DNA from: an uncultured Alphaproteobacteria bacterium
GTDB taxonomy: Bacteria; Pseudomonadota; Alphaproteobacteria; Acetobacterales; Acetobacteraceae
Length of the DNA stretch: 64,000 nt
Direction: 5' to 3'
NCBI GenBank assembly: GCA_963751795.1
Contig: CAVVVI010000003.1
Coordinates: 79,286 to 143,285 of the forward strand
Numbering within the stretch: the first letter of the stretch is position 1; the number at the start of each line of letters is the position of its first letter. The position numbers and the translations under genes are program-made. Below are positions 1-10,558 of the stretch, in pieces. The notes under the pieces were generated by a model. The model was given only the letters and a program-made list of their open reading frames with translations. It was not told the DNA's origin and made no database searches.

Positions 1-518
1 TTGCATGACTCCGGAAATCGGCCTGGGTCCAGGCGTATAAGCGCCGCGCCGGTCGTAGCCGCTAGAACTGAGACTGCTGCCCAATAATGCATGCCTATTA
101 ACGCCAATAGCAGACTCAGCAGGCTGACTAGAAGCAGCGCGAAGCCGACTTGACCTATGCCGGAAAGCCACAGACGCGGAAGCCGCATTCTAGTCTCTGT
201 ATGGATTTGGCGAAACACGGCCTCGGGCGAGGATCCCGAAATTCCATCAAGAGCGGTCGTTGGTGTGAGGCGGGACCGGATTCCGTTTTTCGATAGGGCG
301 CGGCGCAGCCGATAGAACGCCATTGCGCTGGCACATCCTTGGCCATAGCCCTTATCGGTAGAGAAACGTTCTCGCAATACCTTAAAAATGTCGCTGACGG
401 TTCGGCAGTCCTCGGCCTCCTTGCTGGAAAATCTCACTCCAAACGAGACCTCCAGGTCTTGCACAAGCTCTACGCCATCGAGGTCGTCATCCAGCCCAAG
501 CGTGTTCGGCAAAATCAT
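1..518 (-). CDS. hypothetical membrane protein, 5' part only (gene runs off left edge)
   Basis: Unterminated minus-strand frame from ATG 518..516 to the window edge; it is absent from the ORF track because it has no stop in the window. Reads MILPNTLGLDDDLDGVELVQDLEVSFGVRFSSKEAEDC..., then a hydrophobic span LWLSGIGQVGFALLLVSLLSLLLALIG. The N-terminus resembles an acyl-carrier helix-II motif but has Asp at the Ser position. AT-richer than the core. Confidence 0.4.
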   Translation of the reverse strand, partial: MILPNTLGLDDDLDGVELVQDLEVSFGVRFSSKEAEDCRTVSDIFKVLRERFSTDKGYGQGCASAMAFYRLRRALSKNGIRSRLTPTTALDGISGSSPEAVFRQIHTETRMRLPRLWLSGIGQVGFALLLVSLLSLLLALIGMHYWAAVSVLAATTGAALIRLDPGRFPESC

Positions 519-590
519 GACCAAGCTTTCCCGCTTCTGGCACGCGCCATCAGGGCGGCGCTCGACAGGTTCTTGCGATACGACATAGAA

Positions 591-640
591 AAGTTTTTTG
601 GTCCTTTTTTTCAAAAAAGGACAGCTTTCTTTAACACGAA
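591..640. terminator. A/T-rich hairpin repeat (family 2, copy a); putative bidirectional intrinsic terminator 3' of the DJ-1/PfpI gene
   Basis: GTCCTTTTTT-tc-AAAAAAGGAC (601..622) flanked by A/T runs. Related copies at 45461..45510 and 57190..57245 each lie just 3' of a gene. Confidence 0.5.
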
Positions 641-675
641 ATCCGGCCGGCACGCGAGGTGCCGGCCGGGGAGGG

Positions 676-1215
676 TTAGGCGGCGAAGAGGTCGATGAGG
701 GCGGTGTTGAAGGCGTTGAGGTCGTCGGGTTTGCGGGAGGTTACGAGGTTGGTGTCGCGGACCATGGGTTCGTCGGTCCAGGTGGCTCCGGCGTTGCGGA
801 GGTCGGTTTGGAGTGAGGGCCAGGAGGTTAGTTTTTTGCCGCGGACGGCGTCGGCTTCGATGAGGGTCCAGGCGCCGTGGCAGATGGCGCCGATGGGTTT
901 GTTGGTGGTGGTGAAGCTGCGGATGAAGTCCATGGCTTGCTTGTCGATGCGCAGGTAGTCGGGGTTGGCGACGCCGCCGGGGAGGACGAGGCCGTCGAAC
1001 TGGTCGGGTTTGGCTTGGGCTAGGGTGGCGTCAACGCGGAGCTGGTCGCCTTTCTGGTCGTGGTTCATGCCTTGGATGGTGCCGGATTTTGGCGAGACCA
1101 CGGTGACTTGGGCGCCGGCTTTTTGCAGGGCTTGTTGGGGTGAGGTGAGTTCGACTTGTTCGACGCCGTCGGTGGCGAGGATGGCGATGTGTTTGCCGTT
1201 GAGGGATGCGGGCAT
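676..1215 (-). CDS. DJ-1/PfpI family protein (type 1 glutamine amidotransferase-like)
   Basis: MPASLNGKHIAILATDGVEQVEL...GLVLPGGVANPD...PIGAICHGAW (Cys-His elbow). Start moved from track position 1344 to ATG 1215, where the PfpI-like sequence begins. Confidence 0.85.
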   Translation of the reverse strand: MPASLNGKHIAILATDGVEQVELTSPQQALQKAGAQVTVVSPKSGTIQGMNHDQKGDQLRVDATLAQAKPDQFDGLVLPGGVANPDYLRIDKQAMDFIRSFTTTNKPIGAICHGAWTLIEADAVRGKKLTSWPSLQTDLRNAGATWTDEPMVRDTNLVTSRKPDDLNAFNTALIDLFAA

Positions 1216-1282
1216 GTGGGGGGCTCCGTTGCCGGTGGGTGGATGACACGCGGCAGCGGCGGCCGGGTTGCGTGGGGTGGGG

Positions 1283-4200
1283 TCAGTAGTCGAACTGGTA
1301 GGAGAGGCCGATGGTGGAGCCCTGGTCGTTGTCGGGTGTCGCACCTTGGGTGCTGCCGCCGCCGGTGGCGAGTTGGGCGCGGGCTTTGAGGTGGCGGGTG
1401 AGGTCGATCTGGACTTCGGCGGCGGTGCCGCCGCCGGAGGTGGCTTGTTTGGCGCCGATGAAGACGCCGCGGGCGACGTAGCGGCCGGCTTCGATGGTGG
1501 CGCCGGAGCCGCTGCCTGAGCCGCCGCCGACGCTGAGGCGATCGAGGCCGAGGCCTTTGCGGACGGCGGCCAGCGGGTCGGCGCCGCCGCCGGTGACGCC
1601 GGAGAGTTCGGCGAGTGCCGCGGCGATTTCGGCGATCTGGATGGCCGAGAGGTCTTTCACGCTGGTGCCGAAGAGGAGGTGGGCGAGCACTTCGTCCTGC
1701 GGCAGGTCGGGTGTGCTGCTGAGCTTTATGGTGGGGGCGTCGGCGTAGCCGCCGACGGTGAGGGTGGCGGTGACGCTGCCCGAGGTGCTGTCGGCCACGA
1801 AGTTGAGCGTGGGATCGATGCGGTTGGTGACGCTGGTGCCGTCGAAGCCCACTTCGCCGTGGGTGAAGTTGAGCGTGGTGCCGGCGATGCTGATGGTGCC
1901 GCGGCGCATTTCGAAGCCGCCGCTGATGGCGGGGGCGGCGGTGGTGCCGCCGATGGTGAGTTTGCCGCCCAGTTCGCTGTCGAGCCCGTGGCCGCGGATG
2001 AAGATGGCGCGCGGGGCATCAAGCGTGAGGGCGAGGCGGACGATGGCGGCCGGGGCGGTGGGCGTGGCGGGCGGTGGGCGATCGCCGGGGCGGCGGACGT
2101 GGAGGGTGGCGACGCTGGGGGGCAGGCTGTTGGGGATGTTGATATCGGCCTGGCGGACCAGGATGTGGCCGGCGGCTTCCAGCGCCGTGCGGGCGGCGCC
2201 GGTGAGCGTGAGGTTGGCATCCAGCGTGGCGGTGAGCAGGTCGCTGGCCAGCGGGCGGGCGTTGCGGGCGGTGAGGGTGAGATCGACCGGTATGGTGGGG
2301 GCGAGGATGCCGACGGTGCCGTGGGCGGCGAGCGTGCCGGGGCCAGCCTGGGCGGTGAGGCTGTCGATGCGCAGCGTGTCGTTGGCGGCGGTGAGGTGGG
2401 CGGCGATGGCGGTGAGGTGGAGGCCTTGGGCGAAATCCTGCAGCTCGCCGCGGTTGAGCGTGAGGCTGCCGGCGAGGCGCGGGGCGGCGGTGGTGCCGGC
2501 GACGGTGGTGTCGAAGGCGACGGTGCCGGCGGCGCGTTGGCCGCTGGCGCCGAGGATGGGGTTGAGGAGCGAGAGATCGGTGGTGCCGGTGGCGTGGATG
2601 GCGAGCGGGCCGCCGGCCTGCAGGGGGGCGGTGCCGTTGGCGGCCAGCGTGAGTTTCGAGCCGGCATCGACCTGGGCGGCAAGGCGGGCGGTGGTGCCGG
2701 CAAGGTTTATGGCGAGCGTGGCGTTGCCGGGGAGCAGGGCGGAGAGGGGCGAGGTGGTGCTGTGCAGGTCCCGCGCCGTGACGCGGATGGTGCCGAGGGG
2801 CGCGGCGGTGGTGCCGCTGAGGCGGGCTTCGGCGGCGATGGTGCCGCGGGCGTGCAGATTGGGGGCGAAGGGGCGGGCGAGTTCGGGCGTGACGTTATGC
2901 AATGCGGCGGTGAGGGCCAGCGTGGGGGCGATGCGGCCGGCGACATCCAGCGTGGCGGGTGCGGTGCCGGGCGGGCCGAGGGTGAGGTGCAGGCCGTCGA
3001 TGGCGGTGGCCGCGCCGTAGGTGAGGCGGGTGGGGGCGCGCAGGCGGAGGGCTTCGGCGCGGTAGTCGGCCGTGAGCGTGGCCAGCGTGAGGGCGTGGGT
3101 TTTGGCATCGAGCACGGCGGCGGCGGTGAGCGTGGCGGGCTGGTTGGCGACGAGCAGGCTGGCTTGGGTGCGCAGGGCCAGGGCGGATTGCGGGCCGTTA
3201 GCGGTGAGGCGGGCGTGGCCGGTGACGCGGCCGGCGGCGATGCCGTCGGCGGCGAGCGTGAGGGCGACGGTGGGGTTGGCGAGCGCGTCGGCGACGGTGC
3301 CGGTGAGGGCGGCGCGGGCGAGGCTGTTGGCGCCGAGGGTGAGGTTGGCGGCCTGCAGCGCGATGGTGGCGGCGGGGCGGCCGGCGGGTTGGGTGGCCTG
3401 GATGGTGGCATCCAGGCTGCCGGCGAGCGGCTGGCCGGCCAGGGCCGCGAAATCGGCCAGGCGGGGGATGCGGGCGGCGATGGTGCCGGTGGGGAAGGTT
3501 TGGCCGTGGGCGAGGGTGAGGTTGGCGGTGGCGGCGAGGCTGCGCCAATCGGCGTGCGAGAGGGTGGCGTGCAGCGTGCCGTCGGGCTGGCGGTCGAGTG
3601 TGGCGGCGAGTTGGAGCGGTGCGCCTTCGAGGCGGCCGGTGGCCGTGATGGTGCCGGACGGGGTGTTGGGCAGGCCCTGGGCGCGGATGCTGGCGGTGAT
3701 CGGGCCGGGCTTGAGGGTGGCGGTGCCGGCCTCGCCGTGGAGGTCGGCCTGCACGGCGAGGCCGCCGGGCGCGCCGCTGAGTCGGCCGCTGGCGGCCAGG
3801 GCGCCGCGGGCCTGGGGCGAGAGGGCGGCGAGGTTGCGCAGGGTGACGTTCCAGGCGAGTGCCAGGGTGCCGGCGAAATCGGTGCCGGTGACGTCCGCAT
3901 GGGCCTGGGCGCCGTCGATGATGGCGCGGCTGATGGTGAAGTTTTGGCCGTCGAGATGGGCGGTGGCGCCGTAGGTGGTGCGGCCGAGCAGGGTGGGCAG
4001 CGGGGCGAGGCCGCCGGTGAAATTGGCGGTGCCGTCCACGGTGACGTCGCTGGCCTGGTTGTGGCGGGCGAGCGTGGCGACGGCTTCGGTGGCGCCCTGT
4101 ATGTCGGTGTGGCCGATGGCGGCGAAGGGGGCGAGGCTGGGGATGGTGGTGTGCAGGCGGGCGGTGAGGTCGCCGGCGGTGGTGGCGGTGCCGTCGGCGG

Positions 4201-5371
4201 TGATGAGGGGGTGGGTGAGGGCGAAGGTGACGGGGCGGGTGGGCCCGTTGAGCAGCGCGTGCAGGTGCAGCGTGAGGGGGGCGGCGGCGAACAGGGTGGG
4301 TTCGGGCGGCGGTAGCAGGAGGCCGGTGAGGGTGGCGGTGGCATCGACGGTGCCGCGGTTACCGGTGGCGCTGGCCACCAGGGTGGGGATGGTGGCGCCG
4401 GCGGCGCGGAGATTGTGCAGCTCGGCGTGGGCGGTGACGGAGGGTGCGGTGAAGGGGCCGGTGGTGGTGGCGTGCAGTGCGATGCTGTCCCACGCGACAT
4501 CGGGGCGGGGGGCCATGGCGGGTGCGGTGGCGTCGATCGCCAGGGTGGCGGCGCTGGCGGGCAGATCGATGGTGCCGGTGGCGGTGGCCTGGAGCGGGCC
4601 GGCGGCGAGTGCGAGCGTGGTGGCTTCCGCGGTGCGTGGGCCGGCGAGCGTGGCGTGCAGCGTGAGGCGGCCGAGGCTGGGCAGGCTGGCGAGGCTGGCG
4701 GCGAGGCCGCCCGGCGGCTCGGCGGCATCGAGCGCGGCGGTGATGGATTGCGGGGTGAGGGTGGCGGCCAGCGTGTAGGTGCCGGGCGCATCCTGGCGGG
4801 TGAGGGTAAGGTGGGCGGTGGCCTGGTCGAGTGCCGTGGCGTGGGCGCGGCCGGCGACGGCAAGCGTGGCGGGGTGGCCGGCGAAAGCGGGGCCGAGGGT
4901 GAGCTGGGCGATCTGCAGGGATTGCAGGTCGATCGCCACCGGCAGCGAGAAGGGCTTGGTCGAGGGCGGCGCGGGCTTGGCGGGCGGCGTGGCGACCGGG
5001 GCGCGGGCGACGGTGATCTGGGTGGCGGCGAGGCTGGCGATGCGGGCGGTGCCGGTGAGCAGGGCCAGCGGCGACCAGTCGAGTGCGGCCCCGTCCAGCG
5101 TGAGCCAGGTGCCCTGGCCGTCGTGGAGTTCGAGGTGGGCGATGCGCAGGCGGTCGGGGATGCGGCCGGACAGGCCTTGCAGCGTGACGAGGCCGCCGGA
5201 GAGGCTGGTGGCGCGGCTGGCGATGAAGGCGCGGCCTGGGGCGGTGTTGGCGGCGATCAGGATGAGGGCGACCAGGGCCAGCGGCAGGCCGAGCAGGAGG
5301 CCGGCGGCCCAGAGGAGGGCGCGGCGGAGGCGGTGCGGGTGTTGGTCGGTGGCTAGCGTGGGGTCGGTCAC
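1283..5371 (-). CDS. tamB: translocation and assembly module protein TamB (DUF490 C-terminus)
   Basis: Very long Ala/Thr/Leu-rich beta-helix-like protein with an N-terminal membrane anchor (RRALLWAAGLLLGLPLALVALILIAANTAPG). C-terminus reads ...GRYVARGVFIGAKQ...STIGLSYQFDY. It lies directly downstream of tamA. Start placed at GTG 5371, after the tamA stop; the upstream part of the track ORF overlaps tamA out of frame. Confidence 0.85.
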   Translation of the reverse strand: MTDPTLATDQHPHRLRRALLWAAGLLLGLPLALVALILIAANTAPGRAFIASRATSLSGGLVTLQGLSGRIPDRLRIAHLELHDGQGTWLTLDGAALDWSPLALLTGTARIASLAATQITVARAPVATPPAKPAPPSTKPFSLPVAIDLQSLQIAQLTLGPAFAGHPATLAVAGRAHATALDQATAHLTLTRQDAPGTYTLAATLTPQSITAALDAAEPPGGLAASLASLPSLGRLTLHATLAGPRTAEATTLALAAGPLQATATGTIDLPASAATLAIDATAPAMAPRPDVAWDSIALHATTTGPFTAPSVTAHAELHNLRAAGATIPTLVASATGNRGTVDATATLTGLLLPPPEPTLFAAAPLTLHLHALLNGPTRPVTFALTHPLITADGTATTAGDLTARLHTTIPSLAPFAAIGHTDIQGATEAVATLARHNQASDVTVDGTANFTGGLAPLPTLLGRTTYGATAHLDGQNFTISRAIIDGAQAHADVTGTDFAGTLALAWNVTLRNLAALSPQARGALAASGRLSGAPGGLAVQADLHGEAGTATLKPGPITASIRAQGLPNTPSGTITATGRLEGAPLQLAATLDRQPDGTLHATLSHADWRSLAATANLTLAHGQTFPTGTIAARIPRLADFAALAGQPLAGSLDATIQATQPAGRPAATIALQAANLTLGANSLARAALTGTVADALANPTVALTLAADGIAAGRVTGHARLTANGPQSALALRTQASLLVANQPATLTAAAVLDAKTHALTLATLTADYRAEALRLRAPTRLTYGAATAIDGLHLTLGPPGTAPATLDVAGRIAPTLALTAALHNVTPELARPFAPNLHARGTIAAEARLSGTTAAPLGTIRVTARDLHSTTSPLSALLPGNATLAINLAGTTARLAAQVDAGSKLTLAANGTAPLQAGGPLAIHATGTTDLSLLNPILGASGQRAAGTVAFDTTVAGTTAAPRLAGSLTLNRGELQDFAQGLHLTAIAAHLTAANDTLRIDSLTAQAGPGTLAAHGTVGILAPTIPVDLTLTARNARPLASDLLTATLDANLTLTGAARTALEAAGHILVRQADINIPNSLPPSVATLHVRRPGDRPPPATPTAPAAIVRLALTLDAPRAIFIRGHGLDSELGGKLTIGGTTAAPAISGGFEMRRGTISIAGTTLNFTHGEVGFDGTSVTNRIDPTLNFVADSTSGSVTATLTVGGYADAPTIKLSSTPDLPQDEVLAHLLFGTSVKDLSAIQIAEIAAALAELSGVTGGGADPLAAVRKGLGLDRLSVGGGSGSGSGATIEAGRYVARGVFIGAKQATSGGGTAAEVQIDLTRHLKARAQLATGGGSTQGATPDNDQGSTIGLSYQFDY

Positions 5372-5396
5372 TGGGGCGCTCGGATGCTGGGGTGGG

Positions 5397-7241
5397 TCAG
5401 AACGCCTGGCCGAGGCCGAGGTAGAGTTCGTAGCTGTCGCCGCCGCGGATGCGGTTGAGCGGGGTGGCGATATCGACGCGGATGGGGCCGATGGGGGTGT
5501 AGTAGCGGGCGCCGAGGCCGGCGCCTTCCTGCAGGCGGCCGCTGAAGGGGGCGCTGCTGGTGCTGACCTGGCCGGCATCGATGAAGGCGACGGCGCCGAT
5601 ATTGTGCCAGATGCGCTGGCGCAGCTCGATGGTGGCGGCATCGATGGCGGTGCCGCCGGCCGGCGTGCTGTCGGGGAATTGCGGGCCGATGGATTGGTAG
5701 CGGTAGCCGCGCACGGTGGCCGAGCCGCCGGCGTAGAAGCGCTGATCGGGCGGGAGCTGGAATTCGGTGGCCCCTTGCGCGCTGCCGGCCAGCCCGCGGA
5801 GCGCGATGACGCTGTGGCCGGGGGCGGCCAGGCCGAGATGGGCGAGATCGAAATACGTGGACGCCGTGGCCTGCAGGATGACGAAGGTGCTGTTCTGGCC
5901 GGAGAGGGATTCCGTGGGCGTGGCGATCAGGGCGGCGCGCAGGCCGGAGAGCGGGTCGTCCAGCGGGGAGGCGACATCGGTGTTGTCGAAGCGGGCGGTG
6001 AGCGGGAGGGCGAGCAGGGTGTAGTCGCGGGTGACGCGTTCCTGGAGGATGCTCTCCTGTGTGGCGGTGACGCCGGCGCTGACGGTCCAGCGGCGGGAGA
6101 GTTTGCGGGTGAGTGTGGCGCCGGCGATTTCGGCCGTCTGGTTGTAGCTGATCAGGTTCTGCTTGAGGGCGGCGAGATCGAGCTCGAGCTGCTGGTCGCG
6201 GTGGTAGTAATCGGGTTTGAGGAACTGGGCGCGCGCGGTGTAGCCCTCGCCCTTGTCGGCGCTGCCGCCCAGGCCGGTGAGGGCGGCCGAGAGGTTGAGC
6301 TGCTCGGCGTTGCCGAACAGGTTGCGGTGCGTCCAGGTGACGCCGGCGCTGCCGCCGAGATCGGTGGAGTAGGCGATATCGAAGGTGACGGCGTGCAGCT
6401 TGCGCTCGGTGACGTCCACCCGCAGGGGCAGTTCGCCGGCGGCATCGAGCGCGGGGGCGGCGCTGATTTTGACGCCGGAGAAGACGCCGACCGAGGCCAG
6501 ATCCTGGCGGGCGGCTTCGATCTTGGTGGGCTGGTAGAGCTCGCCGGGGTGGAGCAGCAGGCGGCGGCGGACGAAGCGCTCGTTGGTGTGCACGAGGCCG
6601 GTGATGCTGATGGGGCCGAGATCGACGCGCGGGCCGGTGGTGACGTGGAAGGTGACGTCGAGCGCGTGGGCGGCGGGGACCAGGGTGGCGGCGGGCGGAT
6701 CGACGCGGGCCAGGGCGTAGCCGTGTTCCTGCAGAGCGGCGAGCAGGGTGCTGCCGGCGGCGAGCACGGTGGCGGCGGTGGCGGGCTGGCCCGGCGCCAG
6801 GGTGAAGGCGGGGCGGGCGGCGGCGGGGACCGGGCCATCGAGCCGGACGTGGCCCAAATGGTAGAGCGGGCCGGGGACGATGTGGATGGCGACCGGGGCG
6901 GTGGCCGATTGCGGCAGGGCGGCCAGAGCGTCGGGCAGGGCAGCGTCGTCCAGCGCGTGGCCGGCGACGGTGATGGTGGTTTGCGCCTGGTAGTAGCCGA
7001 AGCTGTCGGTGGCGGTGCGGATGCGGGCGGTATCGGCGCGCGCGCGGGCGACGAGCGCGAAGGGGCCGGCGGGGGCGGGTTTGCGGAGCGTGGCGAGCTG
7101 GGATGAGCCGGCGATGGCGGCATCGAGCGCCGGGTTGCCGGTGGGATCGATGTGCAGGGTGTAGGCGACCGGGTCGGCGGCGCGGGCGGCGAGCGGCAGC
7201 AGCAGGGCCAGTGCGATGAGGGTTGGGCGGGGCTGGGGCAT
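5397..7241 (-). CDS. tamA: outer membrane protein assembly factor TamA (BamA/Omp85 family)
   Basis: Signal peptide MPQPRPTLIALALLLPLAARA, POTRA-like N-terminal region, and an Omp85 beta-barrel ending ...YELYLGLGQAF. Paired with tamB. Confidence 0.88.
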   Translation of the reverse strand: MPQPRPTLIALALLLPLAARAADPVAYTLHIDPTGNPALDAAIAGSSQLATLRKPAPAGPFALVARARADTARIRTATDSFGYYQAQTTITVAGHALDDAALPDALAALPQSATAPVAIHIVPGPLYHLGHVRLDGPVPAAARPAFTLAPGQPATAATVLAAGSTLLAALQEHGYALARVDPPAATLVPAAHALDVTFHVTTGPRVDLGPISITGLVHTNERFVRRRLLLHPGELYQPTKIEAARQDLASVGVFSGVKISAAPALDAAGELPLRVDVTERKLHAVTFDIAYSTDLGGSAGVTWTHRNLFGNAEQLNLSAALTGLGGSADKGEGYTARAQFLKPDYYHRDQQLELDLAALKQNLISYNQTAEIAGATLTRKLSRRWTVSAGVTATQESILQERVTRDYTLLALPLTARFDNTDVASPLDDPLSGLRAALIATPTESLSGQNSTFVILQATASTYFDLAHLGLAAPGHSVIALRGLAGSAQGATEFQLPPDQRFYAGGSATVRGYRYQSIGPQFPDSTPAGGTAIDAATIELRQRIWHNIGAVAFIDAGQVSTSSAPFSGRLQEGAGLGARYYTPIGPIRVDIATPLNRIRGGDSYELYLGLGQAF

Positions 7242-7374
7242 GGTGGCCGGTTATGCGGGGCCGGGTGGGGTTGGGGAAGCCGGGCGGGGGTGGGGGGCGG
7301 CGATTGTGATGGCGGGGGTGGCGGCGTGCGGTGGGCCGGCGGCGGGTTCAAAAAGCGGGTGGCGGGCCTAGAGT

Positions 7375-8799
7375 GTGGGCATGCCCCTGATGCTTGCCCC
7401 GGCCGAGGCGCTGCCGCGCCCGTCTTTCCGCGTGACTGCGCTGATCGTGGCGGCGGCGCTGTTCATGGAGCAGCTGGACGGCACGGTGCTGGCGACGGCG
7501 CTGCCGGGGATGGCGCGGAGTTTCGGCGTGGCGCCGCTGCACATGAACATCGCGCTGACGAGCTACCTGCTGAGCCTGGCGGTGTTCATTCCGGCGAGCG
7601 GGCAGGCGGCGGACCGGTTCGGGTCGCGCAGCGTGTTCCGGGCGGCGATCGGGTTGTTCGTGCTGGGCAGCGTGCTGTGCGGGCTGTCGCAGTCCTTGGC
7701 GATGCTGGTGGGGGCGCGGGTGGTGCAGGGGATTGGCGGGGCGATGATGATGCCGGTGGGGCGACTGGTGCTGCTGCGCACGGTGCCGAAAGCCGAGCTG
7801 GTGCGTGCGATGACGTGGGTGCTGGTGCCCGGGCTGGTGGGGCCGGTGCTGGGGCCGCCGCTGGGCGGGTTTTTCGTGACGTATCTGAGCTGGCACTGGA
7901 TTTTCTACATCAACGTGCCGATCGGGGCGGTGGGGTTTCTGCTGACCGGGCGGTATATCGAGCAGCTGCGCGAGGACGCGCCGGCGCGGTTCGATGCGGT
8001 GGGATTCGTGCTGTCGGGCCTGTGCCTGGCGTTGCTGATGTTCGGCTTCGAGCTGGCGAGCCGGGGGGCGGTTGCCGGTTGGGAGAGCGTGGGCGTGCTG
8101 GGGGGCGGGGTGGCGGCTGGGGTGGCGTATGTGCGGCATGCGCGCGGGGCGGAGAACCCGGTGCTGGATTTGCGGCTGATGCGGGTGGAGAGTTTTGCCG
8201 TATCGGTTTGGGGTGGCGCGCTGACGCGGATTACCGGTGGGGCGTTGCCGTTTCTGTTGCCGATGATGCTGCAGTTGGGGTTCGGGGTGAGTGCGGCGCG
8301 CAGCGGGCTGATCACGCTGGCGAGTGCGGCGGGTGCGATGCTGATGAAGGCGGCCGCGCCGGCGATTTTGCGGCGATGGGGGTTTCGCCGCACGCTGATG
8401 GGCAATGGGGTTTTGGCGACGCTGCTGCTGATGGCGGCGGCCGCGTTCCGGCCCGGCATGCCGGTGGCGGTGATGGTGGCGGTGCTGTTCGCCGGCGGGT
8501 TTTTCCAGTCGTTGCAGTTTACGGCGTATAATACCGTGGCTTACGCGGAGATCGGGCGCGGGCGGATGAGTGCGGCGACGAGTTTCTACACCACGTTCCA
8601 GCAGTTGATGCTGAGTGCGGGGGTTTGTGCGGCCGCTTCCGTGCTGGCCGGGTCGATGGCGGTGCTGGGGCATCGGGCGCCGGCGCTGGCGGATTTTTCG
8701 GTGACGTGGGTGGTGCTGGGGGTGGTGACGCTGGGAGCGGTGCCGGTGTGCGGGCGGCTGGCGCGCGATGCGGGCGACGAGATGAGCGGGCGGGCTTAG
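7375..8799 (+). CDS. MFS transporter (DHA2/EmrB-like, probably 14 TM)
   Basis: FRVTALIVAAALFMEQLDGTVLATALP...SGQAADRFGSRSVF...VVQGIGGAMMMPVGRL. Multiple hydrophobic spans over 474 aa. An alternative ATG lies at 7381. Confidence 0.85.
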   Translation: MGMPLMLAPAEALPRPSFRVTALIVAAALFMEQLDGTVLATALPGMARSFGVAPLHMNIALTSYLLSLAVFIPASGQAADRFGSRSVFRAAIGLFVLGSVLCGLSQSLAMLVGARVVQGIGGAMMMPVGRLVLLRTVPKAELVRAMTWVLVPGLVGPVLGPPLGGFFVTYLSWHWIFYINVPIGAVGFLLTGRYIEQLREDAPARFDAVGFVLSGLCLALLMFGFELASRGAVAGWESVGVLGGGVAAGVAYVRHARGAENPVLDLRLMRVESFAVSVWGGALTRITGGALPFLLPMMLQLGFGVSAARSGLITLASAAGAMLMKAAAPAILRRWGFRRTLMGNGVLATLLLMAAAAFRPGMPVAVMVAVLFAGGFFQSLQFTAYNTVAYAEIGRGRMSAATSFYTTFQQLMLSAGVCAAASVLAGSMAVLGHRAPALADFSVTWVVLGVVTLGAVPVCGRLARDAGDEMSGRA

Positions 8800-9071
8800 G
8801 CGCGGGGGCGGGGCGGCGGGTGACGCGGCGGGGCCACTGGCGGCGGGGAACGGCGCGCGGCGGGCGATGGGCGTTGCGGCGGCGGGGGCGGCGCGGCTAG
8901 GTGGTGGCTGCCGGAACGGTCCGGGCTGGAGACGATCATGCGGTTCAGGGGTGCAGTGCTGTTGGCAAGATCGCTGTCAAATTGACCTAGCAGCACGACT
9001 ATCAGCCGCATGGTTAGCGAGGGTGTTTACCAGAATTTATAAACCAAGCTATTCGGCAAAGGAGAGGCAGA

Positions 9072-10558
9072 TTGGCGTCAGTTATTGAGGTTTTGCGGGC
9101 TGCAAAGTTCGGGAGTTCGCACTGCTGAGGACGAGAGAGAGCGCCTAAAACAATACTTTGTTAAGACCGAGCAGTGGTCGCGGGTGTTTGGCGGTGATGT
9201 AGACGTTGTATATGGCGCTAAAGGGAGCGGCAAAAGCGCAATCTACGGATTGATACTGGACAGTCAGGATGAATTGTTTGATCGACAAATACTGGTGGTT
9301 CCGGCTGAAAACCCTCAAGGTGCCCCAGCCTTCAAAGACATTTCCAGTGATCCTCCCAAAACACAGTCTGAGTTTGTGGATCTTTGGAAGCTGTACATAC
9401 TTTGCATAGCTGCTGAACAGATCAAGCAACTGGGGTACTCGTCTCATAATGTCGCGACATTGCTTCAGAGATTAGAGGACGCTGATTTGTTGCAGGCTGG
9501 ATCCAGTCTAAGCAAGGTTCTGAGATATTCTCTCGACTACGTTCGTAGGCTGTCGGCAATAGAAGCGTCCATTAATCTTGACCCCACTACTGGCCTTCCT
9601 ACGGGGCTTGGAGGGAAGATCTCTTTAAAGGAGCCTACTGCGGCACAGGCGAGGGCTGGGGTAATGTCGCTAAATGACATGTTCCAGGTGGCCAACAACG
9701 CATTGGAGGACGCAGGATATGCTTTGTGGATCTGCCTTGATCGCTTGGACGTGGCATTCGCAGACAGGCCTGGCTTGGAGGCTGACGCCCTGCGGGCACT
9801 CTTCAAATGCTATCTCGATGTGAGACGTTATCCAAAAGTCCAATTAAAGATTTTTCTACGTTCCGACATCTGGCGACAGATTTCGGCGGGGCTGCGTGAG
9901 GCAAGCCATATTGAGCGAAGCCTTACGATTGAGTGGAATGACGACAGTCTCATGAATCTCACGGTTCGCAGAACTCCTCTCCAACCAGGAAATTTCGGAC
10001 TTCTATAATGTCGCGCCGGACCGAACACTGGCTGACTTTTCCAGTCAGCAAAATTTGATGAAGGCCGTATTTCCCGATCAGGTTGAGTTAGGACCCAATA
10101 AGCCGCAAACGTTCAAGTGGATTCTTGGGCGAACGCAAGACGCATCTGGAAACAACGCTCCTAGAGAGTTGATCCATTTCCTCAACGAGCTTCGTGACAA
10201 ACAGATTAGACGTTTGGAGCTTCGCATGCCGGAGCCGAGTGACAACCGCCTATTTGAGCAGGCGTCCTTTAAAGAGGCGCTGCCAGCAGTCTCGAAGGCA
10301 CGTCTGGAGCTTACTCTTTACGCAGAATTTCCACCTTTGATGCCGTACATCGAAAAGCTGAAAAAGCAAAAATCAGAGCAGACAACCTGCCATTTGGCTA
10401 GTTTATGGGCTGTTTCGGAGCCCGAGGCGGCGAGACTAGCTAGCCAATTAGCGGACGTAGGATTTTTCAAAGAAGTGAAGGCGTCCACAGGCTCGACTTG
10501 GTGGGTTCCGTTCCTCTATCGACCTGCTCTGGACTTGATAATGGGTCAATCAGATTGA
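9072..10558 (+). pseudogene. large orphan P-loop NTPase, interrupted by two apparent 1-nt insertions (about 494 aa if repaired)
   Basis: Walker A GAKGSGKS and Walker B LWICLDRLD. The pieces join as LASVIEVLRAAKFGS|RTAEDERERL (extra T at 9116-17) and LMNLTVRR|LLSNQEISDFYNVAPDRT (extra A at 9972-73). An RBS AAAGGAGAGG precedes TTG 9072. Lies in an AT-rich islet. Confidence 0.6.

Noticed and set aside
339-698. 119-aa plus-strand ORF at the left end
   Set aside because: It is antisense to a longer unterminated minus-strand frame with more protein-like features. Its 3' part translates the terminator repeat and the DJ-1/PfpI gene's antisense strand.
1679-4315. 878-aa plus-strand ORF, with several other long ORFs, overlapping tamB
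   Set aside because: Gly/Ala/Arg/Glu low-complexity translation antisense to a well-supported TamB frame. This is a typical high-G+C artefact.
8796-9011. 71-aa minus-strand ORF at the edge of the NTPase islet
   Set aside because: The N-terminal third is AT-rich and the rest is Pro/Arg junk overlapping the MFS terminus. No RBS or family support.
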